From positions 10,642-74,641 of the forward strand of contig CAZKBM010000006.1 of assembly GCA_964550985.1 (NCBI GenBank): a stretch of DNA of 64,000 nucleotides. The letters run 5' to 3'. A model generated the notes under the pieces. The model was not told where the DNA came from. It did no database searches and worked only from the letters and a program-made list of their open reading frames with translations. Shown one piece after another: positions 53,149 through 61,777 of this stretch (position 1 is the stretch's first letter; every line of letters starts with the position of its first letter). The position numbers and the translations under genes are program-made. This DNA comes from an uncultured Oscillospiraceae bacterium (GTDB lineage Bacteria; Bacillota; Clostridia; Oscillospirales; Ruminococcaceae).

Positions 53149-53634
53149 ATCAAACAGGTAGAAATTTTTACCGATGGTGCCTGTAAAGGCAACCCCGGCC
53201 CAGGCGGCTGGGGGGCCATTTTGCGTTATAAAGGCGCAGAGCGGGAAATTTCCGGCGGGGAGGAGGCCACCACAAACAACCGCATGGAACTAACCGCACT
53301 GATAAAAGCCCTGGAGCTATTAAAAGAACCCTGCCACGTAAAGCTTACGAGTGATTCAAAATATGTACTGGACGGACTGCAAAAAGGCTGGGCCAAGGGC
53401 TGGAAGGCGCGGGGCTGGAAAAAAAGCGATAAAACCCCCGCGCTAAACCCCGATTTGTGGGATAGCCTGCTTAGCCTTACCGCCCGCCACGAAATGGAAT
53501 ACCACTGGATACGCGGGCACACAGGCCATGCTGAAAACGAGCGTTGCGACGCTTTGGCGGTGGCTGCGGCGGCCACATACGCCCAAGGGCAGCCCCCCAA
53601 AAACCAGCCCCTGCAAGGAGGCGGCCATGCCTGA
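53149..53634 (+). CDS. rnhA: Ribonuclease HI, apparently initiating at a non-canonical ATC codon
   Basis: The frame opens after TAA at 53119-53121 and reads ...[38 protein letters not shown]..., colinear with E. coli RNase [32 protein letters not shown]. There is no ATG, GTG or TTG between the stop and the catalytic-Asp motif (FTDGAC). An AAAGGAGAG RBS lies 7 nt upstream of ATC 53149. The track ORF (TTG 53221) would delete the first catalytic Asp. Confidence 0.75.
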   Translation: MKQVEIFTDGACKGNPGPGGWGAILRYKGAEREISGGEEATTNNRMELTALIKALELLKEPCHVKLTSDSKYVLDGLQKGWAKGWKARGWKKSDKTPALNPDLWDSLLSLTARHEMEYHWIRGHTGHAENERCDALAVAAAATYAQGQPPKNQPLQGGGHA

Positions 53635-54694
53635 AAATAAAACAGTTTCCCAAAGCCCCGGCGCTGAACCCGTTTTGGTCGCCCTCTCCGGCGGGGTGGA
53701 TTCTTCGGTGACGGTACGCATTTTACAGCAGCAGGGCTTTGCCGTTCAGGCCGCGGTGATGTGCTTTTCCCCCGCGCACGAAAAAGCGGTGTTGGCCGCG
53801 CAGACCGCTGCCGCCGAACTGGGAATACCTCTGAGGGTGCTGCACTGCGAGAAAGATTTTGAAGAGCGAGTGATATGGCCCTTTTGCCAAACTTACGCCT
53901 CTGGGCGCACCCCCTCCCCCTGCATTGACTGCAACCCCGGTGTGAAGTTCCACTTTTTGGCGCAAGAGGCCGACCGGCAAGGCATCCGCCTGATTGCCAG
54001 CGGCCATTACGCAAGCTGTGAGGAACACGAGGGGCGTTACCGAATCGCCATGGCCCAAAGCGCGGCACGCGACCAAAGCTACATGCTGTACCGCCTGCCT
54101 CAGCCTATTTTACAGCGCCTTTGCCTGCCCCTGGGTAGTTTTGAAAAACCCGATATCCGCAAAATGGCCGAGGAGATGGGCCTTACCAGCGCCCACAGCC
54201 CAGACAGCCAGGAAATTTGCTTTATCCCCGGCGGCAACTACCCGGCTTACCTGCAAAAGCGGGGCTTTAACGGCAAAACCGGCCGCCTCATTGGCCCGGA
54301 TGGCCAAAACCTTGGCCCGCACCGGGGCGTTATCCACTACACTGTGGGCCAGCGCAAAGGGCTGGGCCTGGCTTTGGGCGAGCCGGTTTTTGTAAAGGCG
54401 ATAGACCCGGCCGGAGATGTGCACCTGGCCCGCGCGGGGGGAGAATATGCAGACGGCATAAGGCTGATACGCATACTGAGCACAAGCGATAAAACGTTTG
54501 TACCGGGCCAAAAATTCACAGCAAAAATACGCAGTGCCGCAAAACCGGTGCCCTGCTTTATAGAAGAGGCCACCGCCGAAACCGCCCGTATTCGCTTTGA
54601 AAGCCCCCAGCGTGCGGCGGCCCCCGGCCAGCACGCCGTTTTATACGAGGGACGCTTTGTTGCGGGCGGCGGAGAGATTGACAGCAGTTTTTAA
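53627..54694 (+). CDS. mnmA: tRNA-specific 2-thiouridylase
   Basis: PP-loop [17 protein letters not shown] catalytic Cys context, and DQSYML. ATG at 53627 overlaps the rnhA stop by 8 nt. Confidence 0.95.
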   Translation: MPENKTVSQSPGAEPVLVALSGGVDSSVTVRILQQQGFAVQAAVMCFSPAHEKAVLAAQTAAAELGIPLRVLHCEKDFEERVIWPFCQTYASGRTPSPCIDCNPGVKFHFLAQEADRQGIRLIASGHYASCEEHEGRYRIAMAQSAARDQSYMLYRLPQPILQRLCLPLGSFEKPDIRKMAEEMGLTSAHSPDSQEICFIPGGNYPAYLQKRGFNGKTGRLIGPDGQNLGPHRGVIHYTVGQRKGLGLALGEPVFVKAIDPAGDVHLARAGGEYADGIRLIRILSTSDKTFVPGQKFTAKIRSAAKPVPCFIEEATAETARIRFESPQRAAAPGQHAVLYEGRFVAGGGEIDSSF

Positions 54695-54726
54695 GCCTTG
54701 TATATCAAACAGATGGGGGTTCGGAT

Positions 54727-55905
54727 ATGGAAGAATTGGAACAACTGACCGAAAAAACCCAGAACCCCCTTATGTTTTTGGGGGTTGCGCTGCTGGCGCT
54801 TTTGCTGTTTGGGCTGGCCGGCTACTTGCTGGCCCGTAAACTTGGCCCCACCATACAAAAACATATCAATGAGGAAAAGCACCCCATCCCCGTGCTTCTT
54901 TTGGGGGGCTTTCGCCTGCCCGTTCAGGTGGGGTTTTTGGTTTGCGGCCTGGGCGCGGCACTGCTGATTTTGAGCGGGTGGCAACACCCCGATATGCCCG
55001 CCTTCCTGGCAAATTGGCTCAAAAGCGCCCCGGCCTTTGTCTCAAAAATGCTGCGCATCAGTGCCATTGTTTGTATCAGCTGGGGGCTTGTGGCCAGCAG
55101 CGATATTGCGGGGCTTGTGCTGCGCGGCGCACGCCAGCGCATGGATTTACAGGTGGACAGCAGCGTTACGCGCTTCCTATCGGGCATTTTCAAGGTTGTG
55201 GTGCTGGCAATTGCGGCCGTGATATTGCTGAGCGAACTGAACTACAATATCAACGGCCTGATAACCGGCCTGGGCCTGGGTGGGCTCACCATCGCCCTTG
55301 CGGCGAAGGACTCGGCCTCGAACTTTTTTGGGGGGGTGGTTTTGGTGGTGGACAAGCCCTTTGAAATTGGCGACTGGGTGAGCTGCAATGGCGTGGAGGG
55401 AACCATTGAGGATATCAACATGCGCAATACCATCATCCGTAACGATTCCGGCTCCCTCACCACCATGCCAAATGCTCTGCTTTCGGCAGCGCCCATTACA
55501 AACTACAGCAGCGCCATGAACCAGCGCAGGGCCGATATTACCCTAAACCTTGTGTACGCCACCCCCCATACACAGATTAAAGAGTTTGTGAGCGGCGTGC
55601 GTGAGATTTTGGAAACCGACCCCGAAATTGTTTCAGACAGTGTGTTGGTGCGCTTTGCAAACCTGGGCGAGAGCAGTCTGGGCGTACGGGTGATTTTTTA
55701 TACCTCCCTGCCCGGCCTTGCCGAACATCTGCGCATTCGCGAGCGCATCAACTACGCCATACTGGATTTGGCAGAGCAACACGGCATTGCTTTTGCCTAC
55801 CCCACCCGCACGGTGGCCCTTAGCACCGCCCCCGGTACTTCTCCCGGCACCGCCTCTATAAGCGAGCCAGGGCCCCGAAATACACCTTCGCCCCCCGGCG
55901 CCTGA
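54727..55905 (+). CDS. Small-conductance mechanosensitive channel (MscS family)
   Basis: N-terminal TM helices, pore helix plus GGLTIALAAKDSASNFFGG, and PFEIGDWV in the beta-domain. Confidence 0.85.
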   Translation: MEELEQLTEKTQNPLMFLGVALLALLLFGLAGYLLARKLGPTIQKHINEEKHPIPVLLLGGFRLPVQVGFLVCGLGAALLILSGWQHPDMPAFLANWLKSAPAFVSKMLRISAIVCISWGLVASSDIAGLVLRGARQRMDLQVDSSVTRFLSGIFKVVVLAIAAVILLSELNYNINGLITGLGLGGLTIALAAKDSASNFFGGVVLVVDKPFEIGDWVSCNGVEGTIEDINMRNTIIRNDSGSLTTMPNALLSAAPITNYSSAMNQRRADITLNLVYATPHTQIKEFVSGVREILETDPEIVSDSVLVRFANLGESSLGVRVIFYTSLPGLAEHLRIRERINYAILDLAEQHGIAFAYPTRTVALSTAPGTSPGTASISEPGPRNTPSPPGA

Positions 55906-56008
55906 GCCTTCCCTATTCGGCCAATTGTCCCCGCTTTCGTTCGCTTGGGCCGGTGGGTTAAATCGCCATTATCCGGCTTTTAACTGTACAATTTTCCCTA
56001 TTTTACTA

Positions 56009-56037
56009 TTGACAAACCACCATTTTTTATGTATACT
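56009..56037 (+). promoter_or_regulatory. Near-consensus sigma-A promoter for the 179-aa ORF
   Basis: TTGACA-17 nt-TATACT, ~70 nt upstream of the ATG at 56106, which has a GGGGAGGA RBS. Confidence 0.55.
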
Positions 56038-56105
56038 ATGTGCGTTTAGATAATTCCTCTTATTTACCATTTGGTAAAGTAGAGTTTTGAGGGGAGGAAC
56101 GCCTT

Positions 56106-56645
56106 ATGGCGATTGGTAGCATTGCCCAGCAGGGCATCATGGGTGGCGGCGTAAACCAAATGCGCGAAGCCGCACAACCTGCGGCAACAGCACGGGCACA
56201 AAAAAACCAGGAGGCGGCCGCTGCCAAAAAAGATCGGGTGGATTTTTCGGTTGGGGCTTCGGGCCTTGGCCAGTCTGCCCAAAATGGCCAAACACCCAAC
56301 ACGGCCCCGCTGTTTAGCGCCGAAATTGAATCCTCCATTGGGCGCATTCAAAATATTCTCAAAGGAAATACCGCCACCGGCAGTATGCTGGCAAACCAAA
56401 AGCCCGCAGTGGTGAACGACCCCAATAAGGGCCTTGTGCAGCGCAGCAAAGAGGACCAGGCGCAGGCGGAGATGCGTGCTTCGGCCGAGAGGGAGCAGCG
56501 TTTTGCCCAAAAAAGCATTAGCAGCCCCGCCAACGGCAGCTTAAATGCCCTGATTAAACAGCTGGAAGCCGCGCAGCAAAGCCGCAGTGGCGTGGGTGGC
56601 CAAACCCAGGCCCAAGCACAAATGGCCAGCCAGATGGTGGTGTAA
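56106..56645 (+). CDS. Hypothetical Q/A/G-rich, predicted-disordered small protein
   Basis: 179 aa with no Cys or Trp and no TM or signal peptide. Low-complexity Q/A runs. Strong promoter, RBS and a downstream hairpin support expression. I recognise no family. Confidence 0.55.
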   Translation: MAIGSIAQQGIMGGGVNQMREAAQPAATARAQKNQEAAAAKKDRVDFSVGASGLGQSAQNGQTPNTAPLFSAEIESSIGRIQNILKGNTATGSMLANQKPAVVNDPNKGLVQRSKEDQAQAEMRASAEREQRFAQKSISSPANGSLNALIKQLEAAQQSRSGVGGQTQAQAQMASQMVV

Positions 56646-56679
56646 AAAAGGCCTTACCCAGTAACCAGTAATACAAAAT

Positions 56680-56718
56680 AAAAGACAGCGGCCAAGGGAA
56701 ACACCCTTGGCCGCTGTC
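56680..56718. terminator. Bidirectional terminator hairpin
   Basis: 17-bp perfect stem AAGACAGCGGCCAAGGG / CCCTTGGCCGCTGTCTT with loop AAACA. A T-rich tract follows on the minus strand (TTATTTTGTAT). Only TTTC follows on the plus strand. Confidence 0.6.
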
Positions 56719-56725
56719 TTTCACC

Positions 56726-56824
56726 GCAAATGAAAAACCTTAGCGCATACATACGGGAAAATTCAGGCGCTACACAACAGTTTCTACTCTATATTAGAGT
56801 TTCTTACAAAAACCTGCTGCACAG
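56726..56824 (+). repeat. Structured intergenic repeat, copy 3 (3' module truncated)
   Basis: Reads gcaaatgaaaaaccTTAGCGCatacatacgggaaaattcagGCGCTAcacaacagtttctACTCTAtatTAGAGTttcttacaaaaacctgctgcacag. It lacks the ttttgagaaactgtaataag arm. Confidence 0.7.
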
Positions 56825-56947
56825 TTGCTATGTCCTCTTGGTAGCGGATATGGTTTCCATCAAATGCCAATAAAACCTTCTTCCACCAGCTTTTACAAAT
56901 AATTAGGGCAATAGCAGCCACAATAGAGACAATAGGTAACTATAACC

Positions 56948-58093
56948 TTACGAGCCCGAACCCTTCCATTTATCCAGGCAACGGCAAACCCACTGGGCGA
57001 ATGCACAGGCTTTAGAACCTTGTATGGCACATTGCTGATGATTTGGCAAAGCTGTTATCGCGCCATACTCTGCCTTGTACCACTGGTAGTAACTTTTTTC
57101 CTGTTCCACCACATGGGGGTCGGTTCCCTTAAAATGTTCTTTTACATCCATGCGTTGCCTCAGTAAAACACGCAGGGGTTTTTCAATTTTTTCACCATTG
57201 CTAAAGTAATTGTAACAAGAGGGCAGGCTGCCATATTTTTCCTGCTCCTCCTCTGCCATGCGCTGGATGTACCACTCCCGCAGTTCAAATAATATCGGGT
57301 TGTCCTTTGCATACATCTTTAGCATAATCTCCTGTGCCCCAGAATCAAAACCAGAAAAATGATAAAACTGCAAAGGCTGCCCATTTACCAGATACTGCCC
57401 TGTGGCAGCATCCTTTGTGACGTTTCGATGCGTTAAATTCCAAGTGGAAACATTGCAGGCAGGACTACGCCATATATAGACGCCATCAAACAAGCAGGGG
57501 GCTAAATCCCCCCAGCGCTGGTCGGTAAAAAGGCCTGCCGGAATATCATCGTAGCAAAATTCAAGCAGGCGGTCCCGCCACCAGCGGGCATAGGCTTTAC
57601 CATTGTCGCTGCCGCGCACCGCGTAAAAACCATAATTAAACACCCCATGTTTTAAAGAACATATTTCATTATTTAAAATATCCTGGGTGTTATCTTCGGG
57701 AAAGGTTTGATGAGGGGTTAATACTACGTCGTAGCTTTCCAGCAAGGCATCCAGTTCCTGTAGGTTGCTAAACACCGCGATATCTGGATCGAGGTAAACC
57801 ACCTTTTCTGCACCCTGCTCCAAAAAGTTTAGCAGTGCCTGCCCTTTTACCGCAGTGCAAAGTTCCACCACTGTATGTGTAAAAATCCACATCTGCAGGT
57901 CTTCTACGGGTATGCTCAGTTGTTCCACCGTCAAAATTTCATCAAAAGGCTCTTTGGCAGGGTCAATCTCCGGGGGCAACACATCGCTTAAAACAAGAGA
58001 AAACCGCGCACCCGGACAGTGTTCCCTTACCGATTTCGCCAAAATACGCGCCTTGGGCAGGTAGTTGTTATTCACACTGGTGTAAAAGTGCAT
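56948..58093 (-). CDS. GT-A fold glycosyltransferase (DxD type, GT8-like)
   Basis: MHFYTSVNNNYLPKARIL... N-terminus and the DxD motif VYLDPDIAVF. ATG at 58093 has an AAAGGAG RBS. The track ORF extension to 58288 overlaps the upstream gene. Confidence 0.75.
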   Translation of the reverse strand: MHFYTSVNNNYLPKARILAKSVREHCPGARFSLVLSDVLPPEIDPAKEPFDEILTVEQLSIPVEDLQMWIFTHTVVELCTAVKGQALLNFLEQGAEKVVYLDPDIAVFSNLQELDALLESYDVVLTPHQTFPEDNTQDILNNEICSLKHGVFNYGFYAVRGSDNGKAYARWWRDRLLEFCYDDIPAGLFTDQRWGDLAPCLFDGVYIWRSPACNVSTWNLTHRNVTKDAATGQYLVNGQPLQFYHFSGFDSGAQEIMLKMYAKDNPILFELREWYIQRMAEEEQEKYGSLPSCYNYFSNGEKIEKPLRVLLRQRMDVKEHFKGTDPHVVEQEKSYYQWYKAEYGAITALPNHQQCAIQGSKACAFAQWVCRCLDKWKGSGS

Positions 58094-58110
58094 TTTGAAA
58101 CTCCTTTGAC

Positions 58111-60375
58111 TTACCTGCGATTTTTCCGCTGGTTTATTTTTTCTATACGCCACTGGCGCATCTTGTGCAGCGCCCCAAATCCTTCTATATAAAGCCTTTG
58201 CTGGCGTATCTCTTCTCTTTGCGAATCCATTTCTTCTCTTTGCAAAGCCATTTCCTCTCTCTGCAAATCTATTTCTTTCCTCTGGCATTCTATGTCCTGC
58301 CTCAGGCTTAAAAATACTTCTTCTGCCAGCGCTGTAATCTCCCCCGCCTCCAGACGCTTTAGCCAGCCTTTGATGAAGATAGCCCGAATCCCTTCTGTGG
58401 GCGTTTCCAAAATATATCTGGGATCACTTGTGACAAATAGTTCCCCTTGGTTCCCATTTTCCAACACCTTTGTCTCCTGGGCATTCAGGGGGCGAAACTG
58501 TAGAGGATTGCCGTCTTGGTCACGAGCCTCGGCAAGGTGGCAGAGACAAAATTCATTTTCTAGCGGATCCCAAAATATTTCTGTTATTTTCCGCTCTTCT
58601 GGCAGTGGAAAACATAGTTCAAACGCACCTTCGTACAAAGGGCATTGAGCACTTACCTTGTTTTCCTCCCGCAGCCCTTCGCCACCATGATAATAGAGGC
58701 TACTATACAGTATAGCATGTTGGCGCGCCCGCGTAAAATCCAGCAGCAAAGGTTTTTTTTCGGCCAGGTTGAGCCGCCCCGCCTGCACATAACAAGTCGC
58801 AAAATGGTTAATCCAGCACAAAAACACCTGCTCTAGTGAAGGGCTTATGGCCCATTCTTGCAGCCACTGCTGTTTTGATAACAGACCAGGAAGATCCACA
58901 AACCGGGCATATAGGTCATTGATACTGCGCCAGAGAATAAACAGGGCCGGAACCGCAAACGGAAAAACCCACTCACAATCAATCACCGTGTAGCGGTTAT
59001 CGCCCTGTATAAATACATTTTCAGCAATCAAGTCAATATTGGCGGGCATAATGCAGCGAAGCGCCTCCGCCGGCAGTTCAGGGCCAAAAACCTCTTCAAA
59101 CTGCGGCGTATGCCAAACATCGGCCTTTTGCTTTTGGCCAGCCGCCGCAAAAACACGGCCAAAAAAATCTTGTATCAATTCCCTCAGTTTATTTTTATCT
59201 TTTTGTTCAATGGCGGCCTGCGCCGCATCCAACAAAGTTGTTCCCTGCAAAAAGGGATATACCAAGGCTTTGCCCTGCCAGCTACTGGCCAGATACTGGA
59301 GGTTCTCGCTGGAATACTCCTTTTCTCGTTGCATCATGGTTTGCAAATGCTTTTCTGCCGAGGGGTGTAGCGGTAATTTTACAGCCTGTCGCTCATCATT
59401 TTTCCGTGTGAGCAGTGTGGCAATACGAAACGACGCCCTGCGGTCTGCACTCAATTTTGCATATTCTACGCCCGTTTCATCCAGCGGGGCAGGCTGCGCC
59501 TCCACAAAAAAGGAGTTTGCGAAAATCTCCCCAGCGCCCTCTCGCCCCAACTGGGCGCGCATTTTAGCCTCGTTAAAAAAGTAGAACTTATAGGCATCCA
59601 AATTGGTATAGTGCCGTTCCTCACAAAGCCTTTGAGCACTGCTGTCTGTAAAAATTTCCACGGGAAATTTATAGTCGGGGTAAGGGTAATAAAAGCGCCA
59701 AAAGGGCAGGCCCGCCCGGTTTAATACATCCTCCAGCTCTTTTCGGCTGAAGGTACGCGCCCCTTTATCGTCCGGGTATTCCTGCAAACCGTCAAAATAG
59801 GCGCCTGTGTGGTCTTCTGGGGCGCCCGCCCAGTATTTCAGCCCCAGGCGGTTTTCAATGGCAAGTAAAATTTTACCGCCTGGGTTTAGCAAAGCAGCCA
59901 ATTTGCGTAAAAAATCGGCATAGGGTTCGTCTCCACCCGTAAACTGGGCGGCATATTCCAAAACACCATTTAGCAAAATAACGTCAAACTTGCTGTTAAA
60001 GAAAATATCGTTCAGGTTTCCCACCAAAATCTTCAGGTTCTCTTTACCCTTGTGCCGCGCAAAGTTGATTTCGGCGCGCTTTTTCGAAAGTTCCACCGCC
60101 GTCACCTCTTGGCAACGTGCACATAAAGCCCCCGTGATGGCCCCCATCCCGGCCCCCACTTCCAGCACATGTTCCTGCCCTGTAAAGGGATACCAGGCGA
60201 CGATATTCTCTCTGAGGTAAGAGAGGTGGTAGAGCTGTGGATACGGGATGTCTCCCTGTGTAAGAACTTCCTCGATTCTATCTTCCACCACAATTTGGTA
60301 AATTTCTTCTTCCACTTCCGCGCCGTCCGTATACAAGTCGGCCCCCGTGTAGTAATCCAATATCAGTTCTGCCAT
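58111..60375 (-). CDS. WbdD-like multidomain protein: SAM methyltransferase + kinase-like domain + extra domain + heptad coiled coil + basic C-terminal tail
   Basis: Class I MTase motif I is VLEVGAGMGAITGAL. The protein-kinase/APH-like catalytic pair is NIDLIAENVF (D..N) and TVIDCEWVF (DxE/W). C-terminal heptads are QRKEIDL-QREEMAL-QREEMDS-QREEIRQ, followed by ...KMRQWRIEKINQRKNRR. Confidence 0.7.
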   Translation of the reverse strand: MAELILDYYTGADLYTDGAEVEEEIYQIVVEDRIEEVLTQGDIPYPQLYHLSYLRENIVAWYPFTGQEHVLEVGAGMGAITGALCARCQEVTAVELSKKRAEINFARHKGKENLKILVGNLNDIFFNSKFDVILLNGVLEYAAQFTGGDEPYADFLRKLAALLNPGGKILLAIENRLGLKYWAGAPEDHTGAYFDGLQEYPDDKGARTFSRKELEDVLNRAGLPFWRFYYPYPDYKFPVEIFTDSSAQRLCEERHYTNLDAYKFYFFNEAKMRAQLGREGAGEIFANSFFVEAQPAPLDETGVEYAKLSADRRASFRIATLLTRKNDERQAVKLPLHPSAEKHLQTMMQREKEYSSENLQYLASSWQGKALVYPFLQGTTLLDAAQAAIEQKDKNKLRELIQDFFGRVFAAAGQKQKADVWHTPQFEEVFGPELPAEALRCIMPANIDLIAENVFIQGDNRYTVIDCEWVFPFAVPALFILWRSINDLYARFVDLPGLLSKQQWLQEWAISPSLEQVFLCWINHFATCYVQAGRLNLAEKKPLLLDFTRARQHAILYSSLYYHGGEGLREENKVSAQCPLYEGAFELCFPLPEERKITEIFWDPLENEFCLCHLAEARDQDGNPLQFRPLNAQETKVLENGNQGELFVTSDPRYILETPTEGIRAIFIKGWLKRLEAGEITALAEEVFLSLRQDIECQRKEIDLQREEMALQREEMDSQREEIRQQRLYIEGFGALHKMRQWRIEKINQRKNRR
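58209..58292. repeat. 4 x 21-nt imperfect tandem repeat encoding the heptad coiled coil
   Basis: The units are tctcttctctttgcgaatcca / tttcttctctttgcaaagcca / tttcctctctctgcaaatcta / tttctttcctctggcattcta. Confidence 0.8.
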
Positions 60376-60461
60376 GCGTCTACCATACCTTTCGCTTGTT
60401 GCAGCCCATCAAAACATACGGCCTGTTGTCTGCTGCCATCTCACCATGGCGGTTTTTTGCC

Positions 60462-61763
60462 CTAGCCGCCTAAGGTGATCATGGAGTTCATATCGTAGAC
60501 ACCCACGGCATTTTTTTCCGCAAGTACGGTAATCACACAGACATCATACAGCCGATGGTGTACAATCAGCTCCCCTTTACTGTTAAAGTTGGTACACCCC
60601 AAAGAGAGCAAATACTCCCCGCCGTTTAAATCCATCGCCTGGGTAAACTCTACCGTGCGGCTCTCCCCATGCCCGCAGTAACCGGTATCCACCTTTTCCA
60701 CCATGGTATTTGTACCCGTCAGTTCATTGCCCTTCCGGTCTTTTATGGTAAAGGCAAAAATGGGGTGTTTGACATTTTGGTGGAACCGAACTTTCATTTT
60801 AAAGGTGAAGGTACTCCCTTTTTCCAAAAGATTCGTCAGGCGGTCTTGACTGTCGCAGATGGCAAAATCCACAATTTCAGCGCTGCCGTCCCCATACTCG
60901 GTGCACTCCGGGTTCACCTGCAGGGCTTCCTTCCATGTGCCAGGGAGGGGAACCGGCTTTGCGTCCGCCCTGTCCACCGCTTGCGTTTCATCCGCCTCGT
61001 CTTTTCCCAGCGGGTGCTCGGAGTCAAACTGGTTCACCAGTATTTTTTTATATAGGTCGACCACCTCTTTGGGCACGCCGTCGGCCACCAAGGTGCCCTT
61101 GTTCAGCAGCAGGCAGCGGGTGCAGTACTGGGTAATGCTGCCCAAATCGTGGCTCACCAGCAAGATGGTGGTTCCTTTTTTTTGCAGTTCCTTAAATTTG
61201 CGGAAGCATTTGCTCTGAAAAAAGATATCCCCCACACTCAGGGCCTCGTCTACCACCAGTACGTCGGGTTCCACGCTGATGGCCAAAGAAAAGGCCAGGC
61301 GGGCAAACATGCCGCTGGAGTAAGTTTTTACCGGCTGGTCGATAAAATCGCCGATATTGGCAAATTCAATTATCTCCGGCACCTTGGCCTGCATCTGCTC
61401 TTGGGTGTAGCCCATAATGGTGCCATTTAAAAAAATGTTCTGCATACCGGTGTAATCCGGGTTAAAGCCCGCCCCCAACTCCAGCAGGGCCGAAATTTTC
61501 CCCCGCACGGTGCACTCTCCCGCGCTGGGAGACACCACCCCGGTCAGTATTTTCAGCAGGGTACTTTTTCCGCTGCCGTTTGTGCCAATGATGCCAACGG
61601 TCTCGCCCTTTTCAATCACAAAATTCACATCGTTTAAGGCGTGAAACACCGTGTGCCGCTTTTTGCGCGTGGGGTCCAGCGTCTCCTTTAGTCGGTCAAT
61701 CACTTTTTCATACAGCGCATATTCTTTGCCAATGTGGGAAGCCCTCACCATTTTTTCCGCCAT
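60462..61763 (-). CDS. Polysaccharide/teichoic-acid export ABC ATPase (Wzt/TagH type) with ~170-aa C-terminal beta-rich extension (Wzt_C-like)
   Basis: Walker A GTNGSGKST, signature YSSGMFARLAFS, Walker B VLVVDEALSVGD, and H-loop LVSHD. After ~aa 250 there is a non-NBD domain (..AEIVDFAICDSQDRLTNLLEKGSTFTFKMKVRFHQNVKHPIFAFTIKDRKGNELTG..). Confidence 0.9.
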   Translation of the reverse strand: MAEKMVRASHIGKEYALYEKVIDRLKETLDPTRKKRHTVFHALNDVNFVIEKGETVGIIGTNGSGKSTLLKILTGVVSPSAGECTVRGKISALLELGAGFNPDYTGMQNIFLNGTIMGYTQEQMQAKVPEIIEFANIGDFIDQPVKTYSSGMFARLAFSLAISVEPDVLVVDEALSVGDIFFQSKCFRKFKELQKKGTTILLVSHDLGSITQYCTRCLLLNKGTLVADGVPKEVVDLYKKILVNQFDSEHPLGKDEADETQAVDRADAKPVPLPGTWKEALQVNPECTEYGDGSAEIVDFAICDSQDRLTNLLEKGSTFTFKMKVRFHQNVKHPIFAFTIKDRKGNELTGTNTMVEKVDTGYCGHGESRTVEFTQAMDLNGGEYLLSLGCTNFNSKGELIVHHRLYDVCVITVLAEKNAVGVYDMNSMITLGG

Positions 61764-61777
61764 GTAACAGGCCCCCT

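Noticed and set aside
53221-53634. Track version of rnhA starting at TTG 53221
   Set aside because: It would omit the conserved N-terminal strand with the first catalytic Asp (FTDGAC), which is clearly encoded in frame upstream. The RBS is positioned for ATC 53149.
58094-58288. N-terminal extension of the GT-A ORF containing the repeat FAERGNGFAKRRNGFAKRR
   Set aside because: The extension is an alternative frame read through the 21-nt tandem repeat at the 3' end of the upstream methyltransferase/kinase gene. The internal ATG at 58093 has a good AAAGGAG RBS and gives a typical GT N-terminus (MHFYTSVNNNY).
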